From Sminthopsis crassicaudata (Eukaryota), in contig NC_133622.1 of assembly GCF_048593235.1 (NCBI RefSeq), positions 27,466,001-27,530,000 of the forward strand: a DNA stretch of 64,000 nt, written 5' to 3'. The position numbers were made by a program, and so were the translations under genes. Position 1 is the stretch's first letter, and the number at the start of each line of letters is the position of its first letter. The notes beneath the pieces are model-generated. The model saw only the letters and a list, made by a program, of their open reading frames with translations. It had not been told where the DNA came from and did no database searches. Shown one piece after another: positions 49,801-62,319 of the stretch.

Positions 49801-51879
49801 AACTGCCTTTTGTTTGCTGGCTATAGCTAGTGTTAATTATGTTCTTGGAGCTCCCCCCTTCTTTTTACATAATAAATGACATGTGTCATTTATTATTCTT
49901 ATTCTTATTTATTATCTTCAGATGTCTTCTATTATGGAAGCAAAAGGGAGATGTCCTTTAAGAGTTTTAGCTAAAAATAAACTTGGAGTTTAAAGAACCA
50001 CTCCCCCTCCTAAGTGGAATGAAGAGAGATAGAAGCCATAATTAGCTATCCAAGATAAATAATGCTGTTGGCACCCAGTGGCAGTGCCAGAGACAAGTTT
50101 TCAATGATCATTAGCTTCTGGATGTGCCAGTCATCTCACCTGAGCCAATGTATATAGAACCAGGAATTGGGAAAGAGAAGACATTAATTATAGCCCCTCA
50201 ACTTCTGGGTTTATGTGTATCAGGTTAAATCTTGGGAATATTTCAAAGAACCCTATCTCATTTTGCCCTTGCCCAAATTTTTCTCTAGGAAATATCAGAA
50301 TATATCACTCAAATCTAAACCTATTTTTAGGGCTCCACAGATTTTGGTAAATTTTTCCATGTGTTCTGAGTAAGCATTCAAAGTGATAATGTATCCTGGG
50401 ACAAGGATTTTGAGAAAACACAAAAATGACTCTCAGCAGCCCACAAACTACTGGTAGAATACTCTTCCTTGTCTAGTCAGTTATACCACCTAGATCCCAG
50501 AAGAACATCCCAGTCCCCCAGTGCTACCATGTGACTCGGATTCCCTCCACAGGGGAAAGCAATTTTGGATTACTGCAGAATGATTTCTCCTCCTCAATAG
50601 TTCCCAGTGCACTGGATTTTCAGATCTGGAACACATACTCTACATTTATGAAATGATGCTCATGGATTCCACAACTTTTTTTAAGATGAACTTAGGGTTT
50701 CCAGAGAGGCAGCTCCATCCCCAATAAGCTTGCAATATCAGATAACTCAAGCAAGTAGCAGAAATCAAGGTTCCATTCCTATGGGTAAGACAGGAACTAT
50801 ATGATGAATCAAGAAGGACTTAGATTCAAAGCAGTAAATATAGCAAAAATCAAGAACTCCAAGATGAGATGGCTTATATTGTGGCTTAGTCCCTTGCTGT
50901 TCTTTTAGCTTCAGGGCCCTGTGTGTAATTTTCTTATCTCTCCCACTCTCTGTCTGTCAGTCAGTCTATCTCTTTTTCTCCAGGAACCAGTTTTTAAAAT
51001 GGAATACTTCCTCCTCTGTCTGAGAGGATAGATTCCCAATCCCTACAGGAACTTAGCCTTATCTAGAAAAATCCCTTCTCTATCTTGATCCAGGAGGCAG
51101 TTTCCTAAAACTTTCTAGGATGAGTATTGCCCATAAAATCTTAGCCCATTCTCTCCAGGAGTTGGGGTGATGGGTTCCTTGTCCAGACCCGAAATCCCCT
51201 TGAGAAAAGTTATGCCCTTGCCTCCCCACTACTATGTCTAGGAACAAGGAATACTGGGACCTCTTGTTACTCCAGGTGGCTCTCAGCTTTCATGTCCCAG
51301 ATATCTCAGCATCTCTGAGAAATAATGGGCAAAGGAATCCATTCTTTACATGAACCCCTCCTTCTATAGTTCTGACCAAAGGGGCAGCGTTCAATTTCAA
51401 TGGAGCCACAGTTTTACAATTCAGTAAAACCCCTTATCCCTAGGACTTAAGAAGCTAGCCTTATCCTTAGTAAGGTATAGCTGACCTTGCACTAGTAAAT
51501 AGTCTGCCACCTGTAAAATGTTCTCAGTGGACATGGTCACACTCTACATTGGGATACACATTCCCAGCTCCCCCAAACTTGTGGATAATAGAGCTCCTCA
51601 GCCAATATAGCCCTTATGTAGCCTAAAATAGTAAGGATGGGAAGAAATAATGGACTTGTGATTTTGTTGGTACAGGAACTCCCAGATGAGAAAAAGTCCT
51701 TAGAGGGGCGCTTTCTGTGCAAGTTTCCCAGTACACCAAGTTAAGTATGTTGCCCAAGGTAACAGCCTGTATGTATAAGAAATGAAAGTTGGATCTCAAA
51801 TTTCCAGCTCATGAGTCAGTTCTCCATTCATTATGCCATGATACATCTTTGCTAAATAGATATTATGTGAATATCTTTG

Positions 51880-52040
51880 TGAAAAGTTTATGTGTATTTA
51901 ACATGCATTGGTCAACTTGCCCTCTGGGTGGTGGAGGGGGAAGGATGGGAAAAATTAGAACAAAAGGTTTGGCAATTGTCAATGCTGTAAAATTACCCAT
52001 GCATATATCTGGTAAATAAAGACCATAAAAAATTAAAAAA
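51880..52040 (+). mobile_element. L1 3' UTR stub
   Basis: tttaacatgcattggtcaacttgcc..aaaattacccatgcatatatctggtaaataaaagacc plus A tail. Confidence 0.85.
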
Positions 52041-52849
52041 AGAAAATTTTATGTGAAACTTTTTATATGCCATACATAAACTGTAAATAAACTAAGAATA
52101 TGGACCTATCAGATGACCAGTAAATATTTAGAAATCCTATTATGTGTTTATTTTTCCTTTCTAATAACAAAATCTGCTCTGCTTTAAGAAAATCTAACAT
52201 ATAAAAAGCCAAACTTTCCAAAATCAGCCAATCCCTAATTCAATTTATGATTTATTGAGTAGCTACTATGGGCATTGCATCTTTTGCCTTATGATAGGAT
52301 TTATTTTTCTGAAAGTTTTCTTTTAAAAAAATTACAAAACAAGACAAAAATGGTGCTACATTTGGAGTTCGGAGACCCGAATGTGAAACTTTCCTCTCCT
52401 TTTTATCACTTGTGTGATCCCAGGAAATTAAGTTACTTTATCTAGCCTTCAACCTCCTTCTGTGTAACATATGCAGTTTGCTATTTTCCTACTGCATTTA
52501 TTATTTCAAAAAGCCATTTCAACCCCGTTATTTCCTAGTGTATATTATTTCAAAGAGATATTTCAACTCCAGAATTATGATCTTATGATCTCATCACCTG
52601 CGTATCCAACACTAAAAAGTCAAGGAGTCAGGAGTAATTTGAGTTCTAACCATAAGGCTTAGTACTTGAGATCCCCACCCCCTCCTATATTCTGTGATTT
52701 GATTAAAATATCATCAATGGATGAGCAATAAGAAATGAAGATTGACCAATCATATTTGAATAGGGCTACAAAAGTTGTACATGCAAGTTCTCTGAGGCAA
52801 TCTCTTGTAAATATTCATAGTATTATATTTATATACATATACACATACA

Positions 52850-53400
52850 ATCCCGTTGTCCTAGAGTGTCCCTCAAAATGCATCTAGTGTCCCAACAGCT
52901 CTACCCAGAGCCGGAGCATTAGCAGCCATGGCTACGGCAGCAGCCTGACTAGGAACAACCGGAGAGGGATTTCCTGTTCTTGCAACCCTCTCAGTGCTGG
53001 CAGCTGCCAAGTGAGCCGCCTCGCTGCAGATGCCCTTTAGTTTCTTGCTGCAAATCTATTCCAGATTTGTCCATCATTAAGGACAAGTTCACCAAGGGTG
53101 ACAGCTTAGGGGAAATCACGCCATCCGTGGCATTTTATCCTGGATTTCCACAAATAGATCAGGTTAACTTTATTTCCTTTGCCAGCAGTGATCTGGAGGA
53201 CAGCACTTCTTTTTCATCAAGCATAAGTGGTGTCCCTGAGCACCAAGGGAGGAAACAAAATGCCCATCTGCCATGTGTGACAGTGCCCTTTCCCTGAGAA
53301 GTTCATACTAGATGAACCTCGGCCTACCAACTGGCTTCAAGTTGGCAGAACGAGAAACAGAATGGATGATCGTTGGGGGAAAAAGGAAAAAGGGCACCTG
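52850..53400. promoter_or_regulatory. Second CpG-retaining GC-rich element; candidate enhancer, promoter or first exon
   Basis: 11 CpGs; perfect palindrome TGGCAGCTGCCA at 52998-53009; RFX-like GTAGCCATGGCTGC (minus strand, ~52922-52935); plus-strand donor-like CAA|GTGAGC. Confidence 0.5.
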
Positions 53401-53500
53401 CCAGGCCTGTAGGCTCCTACAGTTATACATCCTCTATTTTAGAAAAGGTTTGATTTGATGTCTTTTTCAACTTCCATATTAATTTCCCTTCATTATAGAA

Positions 53501-53623
53501 GGAGGAAGCTAAGTGGCTCAGTGAATAGAGTACAAGCCTTGAAGTCAGGAGGACCTGAGTTCAAATCTAGCCTCAGACATTTAACACTTCCTAGCTGTGT
53601 GACTGTGGGGAAGTCACTTAATC
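53501..53623 (+). mobile_element. WSINE1 (young), truncated by the gap
   Basis: gctaagtggctcagtgaatagag..ggacctgagttcaaatctagcctcagacatttaacacttcctagctgtgtgac..aagtcacttaa. Confidence 0.88.
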
Positions 53624-53776
53624 NNNNNNNNNNNNNNNNNNNNNNNNNNNNNNNNNNNNNNNNNNNNNNNNNNNNNNNNNNNNNNNNNNNNNNNNNNNNN
53701 NNNNNNNNNNNNNNNNNNNNNNNNNNNNNNNNNNNNNNNNNNNNNNNNNNNNNNNNNNNNNNNNNNNNNNNNNNNN
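53624..53776. other. Assembly gap (153 N)
   Basis: Run of N. Confidence 1.
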
Positions 53777-54220
53777 ACTTTTAATTTTTATTTAATTTAT
53801 ATAAAATAATACAAATATAAGTCATAACAAAATTTAATCAGTTTTATCATTTTATTTAAAAGTTTGTATTGATTTTTTTTTAACAATCCCTCTTACTAAA
53901 CAGAAATCTCCCTTGAAACAACAACCAAAAAACACAGTTAAGCAAAACCGATGGACATGTTGCACATGAGTAACAATATATTTCTCATTTAATACTTATA
54001 GTCTACCTCATTTTTAGTGGAAAATGGAAGCATTATTCATCAATGGTTGCTTAGATTCAGGGAAAGTCATATATTAATCTGAATTTTGATGATCATTTTA
54101 GTGCTGGATTCCATTATTGTATATTACTGTTCTCTCAGTTTTGATTACTTCATTCCAAAAAAGAACAAATAAATCTTCCCAAATTTCTCTTAATTCCTCA
54201 GGTTCAACGTTTCTTATGAC
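53777..54220 (-). mobile_element. Old L1 3' UTR fragment
   Basis: attgtatatattactgttctctcagttttgattacttc..aaataaatcttcccaaatttctc. Confidence 0.55.
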
Positions 54221-54385
54221 AGAGTTTGTTGCTGCAGCTGTTCCATTCATGTCTCACTCTTTGTGGCTGCATTTGAGGTTTTCTTGGAAAAGACCCTGGA
54301 GCAGTTTCCATTTTCTTCTTTAGCTCATCTTACGGATGAGGAAACTGAGGCAGACAGGGGTGAATGTCTAGGGGGCCAACAATGC
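54220..54385 (-). mobile_element. MAR1-type SINE
   Basis: gaggttttcttggaaaagaccctggagcagtttccattttcttc..gctcatcttacggatgaggaaactgaggcagacagggg. Confidence 0.8.
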
Positions 54386-54469
54386 CAAATGCAAAGAGAT
54401 AGATCTGTGTTATACCTTAGTTACTTACTCACTTATTGTTCTGCCAACTGTAGAATGGCATGCCCTCTG

Positions 54470-55330
54470 AGGAAATACTGAGTTATCAAGGAAAGCAGGG
54501 TGGAAACCAGCTTGGATATTAATAGGATTTATTTGGTTCGATCAGGTTAACTGGAGCATATGCACAAGAGCAGGTTGTCCTGGTGACAGCACGACAAAGT
54601 ATCCTCCTGCACCTCCACACCAACTGCAGGCCAGATTAGTATTATTTAACAAAGAACTGTGCCCACGGGGATATAAAACTGTGTGTACCCTTTGACCCCA
54701 CTGTTCCACTACTCAGTCTGTATCCTAAGGAAATCTGAAAGGAGGGGAAAAGGACCCACATATGCAAAAACGTCTGTAGCATCCCTTTTTGTGGTAGCAA
54801 AGAATTGGAAAATGAGTGGATGCCCATTGATTGGGGAACAAGTTGTGGTACATGAAGGTAATAGAATATTATTGTTCTATAAAATGATGAATAAGCTGGT
54901 TTTAAAAAGGCCTGGAAAGGTTTACATGAACTGATGCTGAACCAGGAATACATTGTACACAATAATAGCAAGAATGTGCGATGATCAACTATGAAAGACT
55001 TGGTTCTTCTCAGAGGTTCAGTGATTCAAGGCGATCCCTATAGACTTTGGCAGAAAATGCCATCTGCTTCCAGAAAAAGAACTAAGGAGACTGAATGTAA
55101 TGCTATGTTCACTTCTTTTTTCTGTTGTTTTTTCTCTCCCCTGGTTTTTCCCTTGCGCTATGACTTTTCTCTCTCAACATCACTCATAAATCAATGTGTA
55201 TCAAAAATAAATAAATTTATTACAATAAAAAAGTGTTATTTAACAAAGAAGTCATAGAGCCAGGGATGGCTTAGGGTCTTGTTCCCATGGGATAGCTGGA
55301 GCTTCCTTGGCTGGCCTACCGCCATTCAAA
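54470..55330 (-). mobile_element. Possible LTR remnant split by the L1 at 54657-55231
   Basis: GC-richer sequence continues across the L1 TSD; minus-strand AATAAA at 54528-54533. Confidence 0.3.
54657..55231 (+). mobile_element. 5'-truncated L1 (575 bp) with 19-bp TSD
   Basis: TSD agtattatttaacaaagaa (54638-54656) / agtgttatttaacaaagaa (55232-55250), one mismatch; L1 motifs ccctttgacccc, ggatgcccattgattgggg, tttacatgaactgatgctga. Confidence 0.92.
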
Positions 55331-55334
55331 GTGA

Positions 55335-55447
55335 TTTCCCAGGATCACAAAGCTGCTAATTGTCTGAGGCCAGATTTGAACTCACAAAGATGAGTGTATT
55401 TGATGTGGGCCTAGAACTCTACCCACTGTGTCACCTAGCTGCCCATA
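55335..55447 (-). mobile_element. tRNA/CORE SINE
   Basis: gtgatttcccaggatcacaaagctg..tgtctgaggccagatttgaactc..ccactgtgtcacctagctgccc. Confidence 0.75.
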
Positions 55448-56728
55448 TAGCACAGAAGTCCATTTTTGTTTCTGTGTTTTTAGTACCACAGAAATGCTGC
55501 CATGACTATCTTAGGACAAAAAAGAACCAGAATTCATTTTTTTACCTTCTTGTGGTATATTTGCAGTAGTAGTAATATCACAGGGCCAAAGGTAATGAAT
55601 GATTTACTAATTTTTAAAAAAATAATTCCAGATTGTTTTCTGAAACTCTTGGACTAAATACAGACCCATTTTGTATTCGTATTCTCTCATAATAAGACCT
55701 CTAACATAGTTACTCTTCTGTCATCTTTGTCACTGGGTACCTTGTGAGATAAATGTTATTTTAATAGATTTTTATGTCATAGGTTTCCCATTTTGGAGTT
55801 GACTAGTCTGTATTTTCATGATTTCATGGATAAATAGAGTACCTGGACATCCAGAGTGTGTTGCCCAAAAGTTCCCCTTTGTAGATGTGAAAATGTACCA
55901 TTTTGCATGGCTTTCTGTTGAAAAGTAACATTGCCAAAGATGCCTGAGTTTCCTATTTACATCCTGGGAAGTAGGGGTAAGTTAATTCACTTCAGAATAC
56001 ATATGGAAAGTAGAACTTTATGCTTTTAACAAAGGTATTATATGAAGTCTTTTTGTGTGTGTAATATATTCACATCATATGAATATCTATTTATCTATAT
56101 ATTCATTAGAAGAATGAAAAGAGCTTTAAATTTTATCCAATTTAACTTCTCAACTTACAAAGGAAACAGAATAGAAATACAAGACATTCTTTCATTTATA
56201 AAGTATTCATATCATAACAAAATTTCTTTAAATAGCATGCTCTCCTGATACGTTTTTTTTTAAATGATCCAATTTTCAAAAAATTGTTTGAACCAAATCT
56301 TCTAGAAACATACATCTAAGTCAAAACTAGATTGTGTATGTGCTGTAGATGCTTTATGTATTCAGTGAAAGCCATCCCACTGAGAAACAACATTTCATTT
56401 ACAGGGATGATCTTTCAGGAGCGTTAACAAGTTAAGACAAGAAGTTCAGTACACACAGTAACATAGATAATTAACACCTACACACAAGTCTGAGATTCTA
56501 TTGTAAGAGTGTTTTTAAGATAGCATTGTGTGAAGAGACATAAGAATTTCAAAATGATGGCTGCTCACTTTTGCTGAGGAAATTAGATGTTAGATAATTA
56601 TGAATCATTATTTGGTCATCTCATAAATGTTCTTCAAAGGTTATAGGAAGTAGGAAAGCCAGAACTTACACTTGGATCTTCTGAATTAATCCAATATTAT
56701 TTTTCCATTATTCTTAACATGATCCATC

Positions 56729-57098
56729 NNNNNNNNNNNNNNNNNNNNNNNNNNNNNNNNNNNNNNNNNNNNNNNNNNNNNNNNNNNNNNNNNNNNNNNN
56801 NNNNNNNNNNNNNNNNNNNNNNNNNNNNNNNNNNNNNNNNNNNNNNNNNNNNNNNNNNNNNNNNNNNNNNNNNNNNNNNNNNNNNNNNNNNNNNNNNNNN
56901 NNNNNNNNNNNNNNNNNNNNNNNNNNNNNNNNNNNNNNNNNNNNNNNNNNNNNNNNNNNNNNNNNNNNNNNNNNNNNNNNNNNNNNNNNNNNNNNNNNNN
57001 NNNNNNNNNNNNNNNNNNNNNNNNNNNNNNNNNNNNNNNNNNNNNNNNNNNNNNNNNNNNNNNNNNNNNNNNNNNNNNNNNNNNNNNNNNNNNNNNNN
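56729..57098. other. Assembly gap (370 N), followed by a CT-rich simple repeat
   Basis: Run of N. Confidence 1.
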
Positions 57099-57404
57099 CT
57101 GTCTCTCTCTGTGTGTCTCTCCATCCCTGTCCATCTATCTGTGTCTCTCTGTGTTCTCTGTGCCTCCTTTCCCTCTCCCCTTCCAAAAATCCTGATTTAC
57201 TTACTGGTTCCCATGAAATCTATGTCTTATTGCCATGCTTTCATATAACCTCTTCTTCTGGACAAGTATGGAGTCCCTGCTCACTTCTGATTTTTAGAAT
57301 TCATAGATTTCTTGAAGAAGCAATTCAAGGACTATGTGAGAACTTTTCTGATCTCCCTAGTTGTAAACTCCCCAGATTTATTTTGTATAAGATTTATATT
57401 TTAG

Positions 57405-57640
57405 GAGACAGTTACAGGGCACAACGGATTAAACACTGGACCTGGAATCAGGAGGATTTGAGGTTAAAACTGGCTTTAGATATTTACTAGTTCTGTGATC
57501 CTGAGCAAGTAACCTAATCTCATGTGTAAAATAGGAATAATAATGTAATCCAAGTATTTTTAAAGAATAAAATGATTATATTTGTAAAAATCACTTTGTA
57601 AACATTAAGCTGATTAAAACTCTTGTTACTATTGTTATTT
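57405..57640 (+). mobile_element. MIR-type SINE
   Basis: actggacctggaatcaggaggatttgagg..ctgtgatcctgagcaagtaacc..tgtaaaataggaataataat..tttgtaaaaatcactttg. Confidence 0.75.
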
Positions 57641-58117
57641 ATTATGATCTCCAACTGTATATCTATTAATTACTTAATGAAATTAAACTTTTAATTTCAT
57701 TAAAATTGAAGTTGCTTGATGGTGGAGAGTACTTAGCTGTGTTGCTATATTCCCAACGATTTGCCCACAATAGGCTCATAACAATTACTGAATGGTTGAA
57801 TGATATTCAAACTCAGAATATTTCTAGAACTCATTCAAATGATAGATGTCTTTCTTGTAATTAGACAAGGATTAATGCCAAAAAGGAAAAAAAATACTTA
57901 ATGCTGCTGTCACTGACCATGACACTTTGAAAAAGTGTCTCCTTGATTCTTATTAAAATTGGTTCACAAAGTGGTCCTGAACAAACAGCTTTGAGAAAGA
58001 ATAATACAAGGCAGACAATGTATCAAAGCAGAACAATCAAGGTAGTAAGTACCCAACTTTCATATTTTTGAGAAAAGAACTTGAGGTTCAAGGAGTGCAC
58101 AAACACAAACATACAGA

Positions 58118-58120
<3 letters not shown>

Positions 58121-58144
<24 letters not shown>
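58121..58144. repeat. (AT)12 microsatellite
   Basis: Read directly. Confidence 0.95.
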
Positions 58145-58148
<4 letters not shown>

Positions 58149-60329
58149 TCACACATATACAAAAACACATTCGTCCCTTTAAAAGATTAGTAAAATTCCC
58201 ATTGTGCTAGAGAAGTTTTTCTCTTTCATTCTACTTTATTTTTTTTGCCTATTTTAGAATTTTCATGGTATTTTATGACTTTGGTCTCTCTTATAGTCAG
58301 TCACCCAGGTCCTCTCATCAGGATACCAGGACAAAGCTCCTTGAATTATGGTTTTCCCCTAGAACTCTCCCTCTCTTGTCAAAATTAACTTCTCTGGGGG
58401 CCTGGCTTTTTCAAGACTGATCCCTGCTTGGTCACAGTGAGTAGGGAGCAGATTGATTTAGTTACATGCAAATAGGCTTGATCTTTGTGTAGTAGCAGGA
58501 ACTTATATTAACACAGCTCTCTATAAAGCACTTAGCATGTATTTCTTCATTTGATTTTCACAACTTCATGAGAAAACTGAAGATCATAAAAATAAGACTT
58601 CCAGTACAAGGCTCTGTCTACTGTACAACCCTACAGTTTCTAGAGGGGCTTGACATGCTTTTCCTTAAAGGCAGGGGGACACTGAATGACCTCTTTAGAA
58701 CTCTGGGATGCTTCTATGAAGTGTCATTTGCTACCCTCTTCCTAGACAAGTCAAATATTTATAAAAGAGTTCCTCGTCTAATGATCTTATTTCATTTTAT
58801 ATTTAACTCAAGCAGTTGGTTTGAAAAGGCCTAAAGGTTCTATTCAAAATTTTATGAAAGCCTGAGACCTACATGTTTGTTAATTGGTTGGACTTTCACC
58901 ATCAAGGAAGCAAGAAATGCTTGACATAATGTATAACATTTTGTTTCTGTACTCTCTGGGGATTCTCAAGGGCTTCATTAGCAGATGGTCTCTGAAAGCA
59001 GGCATCCTAGATTCTGGACTGGTGAATATCATTGCCCTTAATTATTCAGTAACTAGTTTGTGCAGGTCAATCTTAAGGCCTGAATATTACACTCACAGAG
59101 GCATGGATAATAAATTACCACATGTCAAAGGATGTTTGCTTCCTCTTCAATTAAATGCTAAGATTTTTTTCATCTGAACCCATGAAAATCATTGAGTGGT
59201 ACTTACCACGGCCAGCGATCTAGTTTTGCTCAACACTGTTAGTTCTATAAACCAGATGATTTTGCTTGTACCTTGGAGACACAATCTGCTTTTTTTGTCT
59301 TTATAACTGAAAATACTTAACTCAATTATGCCTGAAAGAATCCCACCAGAAATCTCCTCCAGCCATCACTTTTGGTCAGACCAAGATCACAACACAATGC
59401 CCCACTCCATCCTCTCCAGAATGTAATACTTGCTCTCCTTAGCCTATCCGAAGGTTCAGATAGCTAGGCCCATCTCAAGGTTATGGGAGTTTACCATTAA
59501 ACCAGTCTGACAGTGACATTAGTAAGGAGGAACCTCCCTCCAGAGCTGCTGGTTCCCATGCCCAAGTCTTGTGTTCAGATCCCCAGTATCTGAGCTCTCT
59601 ATTCTGCAGAGCCAACACTAACCATTTTGGAGCCCTGAGTAAGCAGCTCTCGGGTTATTTTTGTCACCCTGTGGCCAGCTTGTAGAGGAAACTCTCTGAG
59701 CATTTCCTGGGCTCTGGATACAGAACCAGAACTAAGATTTTTAGTTCAGTAGGAACTACCTATCTCTACCCACATAGTTCCATTGAGCAGAATCTGGGGC
59801 CATTAACAACAACCTGGAATCAATCTCAGCCCTTGATAGCTTTTTCTGCTCTATCACAATGTCTTATAAACATTTTTTAAAAGTTTCACCAGGCAAACAA
59901 AATATTCCATGCTTAAATATGATACAAAAGTTGGGTAAAAATCTGAAACTACACATATTTTCCTTCCATTTGACATTCCTTTATGTCTATTGAACCAAGC
60001 CAGATCCACTATTCTATCGAAGACTGGACCTAGGTTCTAAGGTTGTTGCCTACAGGCATAAATCTTATTTCCTTGACCTTGAAAGTATATTAAGTAACAT
60101 AACTATTTTTATTTTGGTTTACTAAATAATAATAGAAACGTTCACATATATAATCAAAAAAAATTGTCAACACACATAGCCTTAATGTGCATGGAGAAGC
60201 CATGCCCAATAATCTGCCTTGGCATCCTAGGAAGGATAAATGGACTACTTTGAAGAAGCAAGCTAATAATACTTTCAGCGTCCAGAGTTGTACAAGAGAA
60301 TCCTTTCAAATAAGAGACAAATAAGAGTT

Positions 60330-60510
60330 TGTTAGACTTGAATACAGGAAGACTGACTATCAGCTCCTGCCTTTGTGATGGTATGAGTTTAAGTTATTTA
60401 TAATCTGTTTGAGTCTTAATATTTTTATCTAAAATGGGAATAATAATACCTATAGTGCCTATTTGATAAACTGGTTATGAAGTTTTGATAAGATAGCATA
60501 TATTATTTGA
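60330..60510 (+). mobile_element. MIR-type SINE
   Basis: ttagacttgaatacaggaagac..tctaaaatgggaataataatacctat. Confidence 0.6.
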
Positions 60511-61199
60511 AACTTTGACGAGAGACATATAAGCAATTTTACACTGTATTGTATTATACTATAAACAAAGTATACACTAGTATATACAAAGTATAGTATA
60601 AAATTATTGTATACAAAGCCTTATGGCATTATCACTTTGTCCGCTTGACTTTTTTTTAACATATGAGTATTGGAAGAAAAATCTCCTTAACATAAATCCT
60701 GAAAGGGCATGAAAAACTAAACTCAATATGCTAATGGTGCTAAGTAGTATAAGAAATGGTATGATTTATTATTTTTAAAAGCTTCTTTAACCTAGCTTTT
60801 ATATTCCAAAATCTTTCATTAGAAACTAAAAGCTTCTTTTGTGAATTCAGCAATGGTCTATTTTTCTCTTGGATTGTGAGCTGGCAATTTCAATAACCAA
60901 AAGATGATCCTTTTTCTTCTCTGCCTACTGAGAATTCTTACAATGCCTGTCCCGAGGAACTTGTAGACGAAGAGGCAATATAACATATACACACATGTGA
61001 CCAAAGGTACAATTTGAGAGTACGCTCAGAAAGATGGAAGCAAAGGACTGCAAGGTAAACAAGAAGCCTTGGAGACTGACCAGATGAGGAAGATGAAGGA
61101 TAATAAAAATGATAATAGAAATGACTCATATGACATTTTATGTTTGTTGAACATTTTAGAAATATATTTAATTTTATTTTCATTATAATTACAGGAATC

Positions 61200-61345
61200 A
61201 AGTACGGTCATTATCTCCATTTTATAGATGAGGAGACTTAGAAAGGCAAAAGTAAATTGAGTTGCCAAAGATTAAGAGAGCAGTTAAGTGTCTGAGGACA
61301 AATTTTTACTCTGCTTTTTCTGATTATTGATCCAGTGCTCTATCT
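61200..61345 (-). mobile_element. MIR-type SINE
   Basis: cattatctccattttatagatgaggagactt..gagttgccaaag..gtgtctgaggacaaattt..ccagtgctctatc. Confidence 0.7.
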
Positions 61346-61399
61346 GAAGCATTCCCTAGTTGCTGTAAATAAAAGAGTTTTAAAAGATAATATAAGAAT

Positions 61400-61790
61400 T
61401 CATAACTGAGAAACTGAATAGATGATGATGCTTTTGACAGAAACTATGACATCTAAAGTAGGAACATATTTCTGGGAAGAGCTAATGAGTTCTTTTTGAG
61501 TTTGAGATGCTACTTGGACGTCCAGGGCGACTTCAATAGTTGGTGATTCAAGCAAAGATTCTGTGGAACTGGAGCAATATATTTAGGAGCCATCTGCCTA
61601 GAGGTGACAGAAGTGAGAGAATAAAATAGGTTACCAAGGCAGAGAAAATTAGGGAGAAGAGGGCTGGAGGAAGAATCTTGGAAATAAACAGTATATGGGA
61701 TTTGGAAAGAGGAAGCAAGAAAAGAGAATAAATAGAACAGAAATAGTTAAAGAAAAACTTTGTCAAGTGTCAAGAAAAACTTTGAGAACT
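61400..61790 (-). mobile_element. L2 fragment
   Basis: aatgagttctttttgagtttgagatgc..ttaggagccatctgcctagaggtgac..gaaatagttaaagaaaaac..gtgtcaagaaa. Confidence 0.5.
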
Positions 61791-61859
61791 ATTTTTCTGA
61801 AAGTGAAATACCTTCAGAAACCAAGAGAGGAAAGACTATTTAGAGAGAAATGGTATCCT

Positions 61860-62300
61860 ATAAAATTCGCCCTAGTTCCAAACTGCTCTCCAGAATCACT
61901 GGATCAATTCACAACTCCACCAACATCCCATTAGTGTCCCAATTTTTCCACATACCCTCCAACATTTGACTTTTCTGTCATATTAATCAATCAAATAAGT
62001 GTGAGGCATTTGCATTTCTGTAATCAGTAGTGATTTAGAGCATTTCCAAAGGATTACTGATAGCTTTGTTTTCCTTTTTCTAAAAAAAGTCTTTTCAAAT
62101 CATGTGATCATTTGTCAATTGATGAGTGACTTGTATTCTTATAAATTTGACTCAATTCTCTATATATTTGAGAAATGATATCTTCATCAAAAAAAAAATT
62201 GTTGCGGTTTGCCTCCCTACCCCATTTTCTTGTTTTCTTTCTAATTTTGGCTTCATTTTTTTAGTTTGTACAAACCCTTTAGTTTAATGTAACCAAAATT
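61860..62300 (-). mobile_element. L1 ORF2 C-terminal fragment
   Basis: aaactgctctccagaatcactggatcaattcacaactccaccaaca, gacttgtattcttataaatttgactcaattctctatatatttgagaaatg. Confidence 0.85.
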
Positions 62301-62319
62301 ATGAAGTAAATGAGGGGAT

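Noticed and set aside
30958-57490. Long ORFs containing X runs (30958.., 34689.., 53455.., 56686.., 56719..)
   Set aside because: Artefacts of translating across N gaps and adjacent simple repeats
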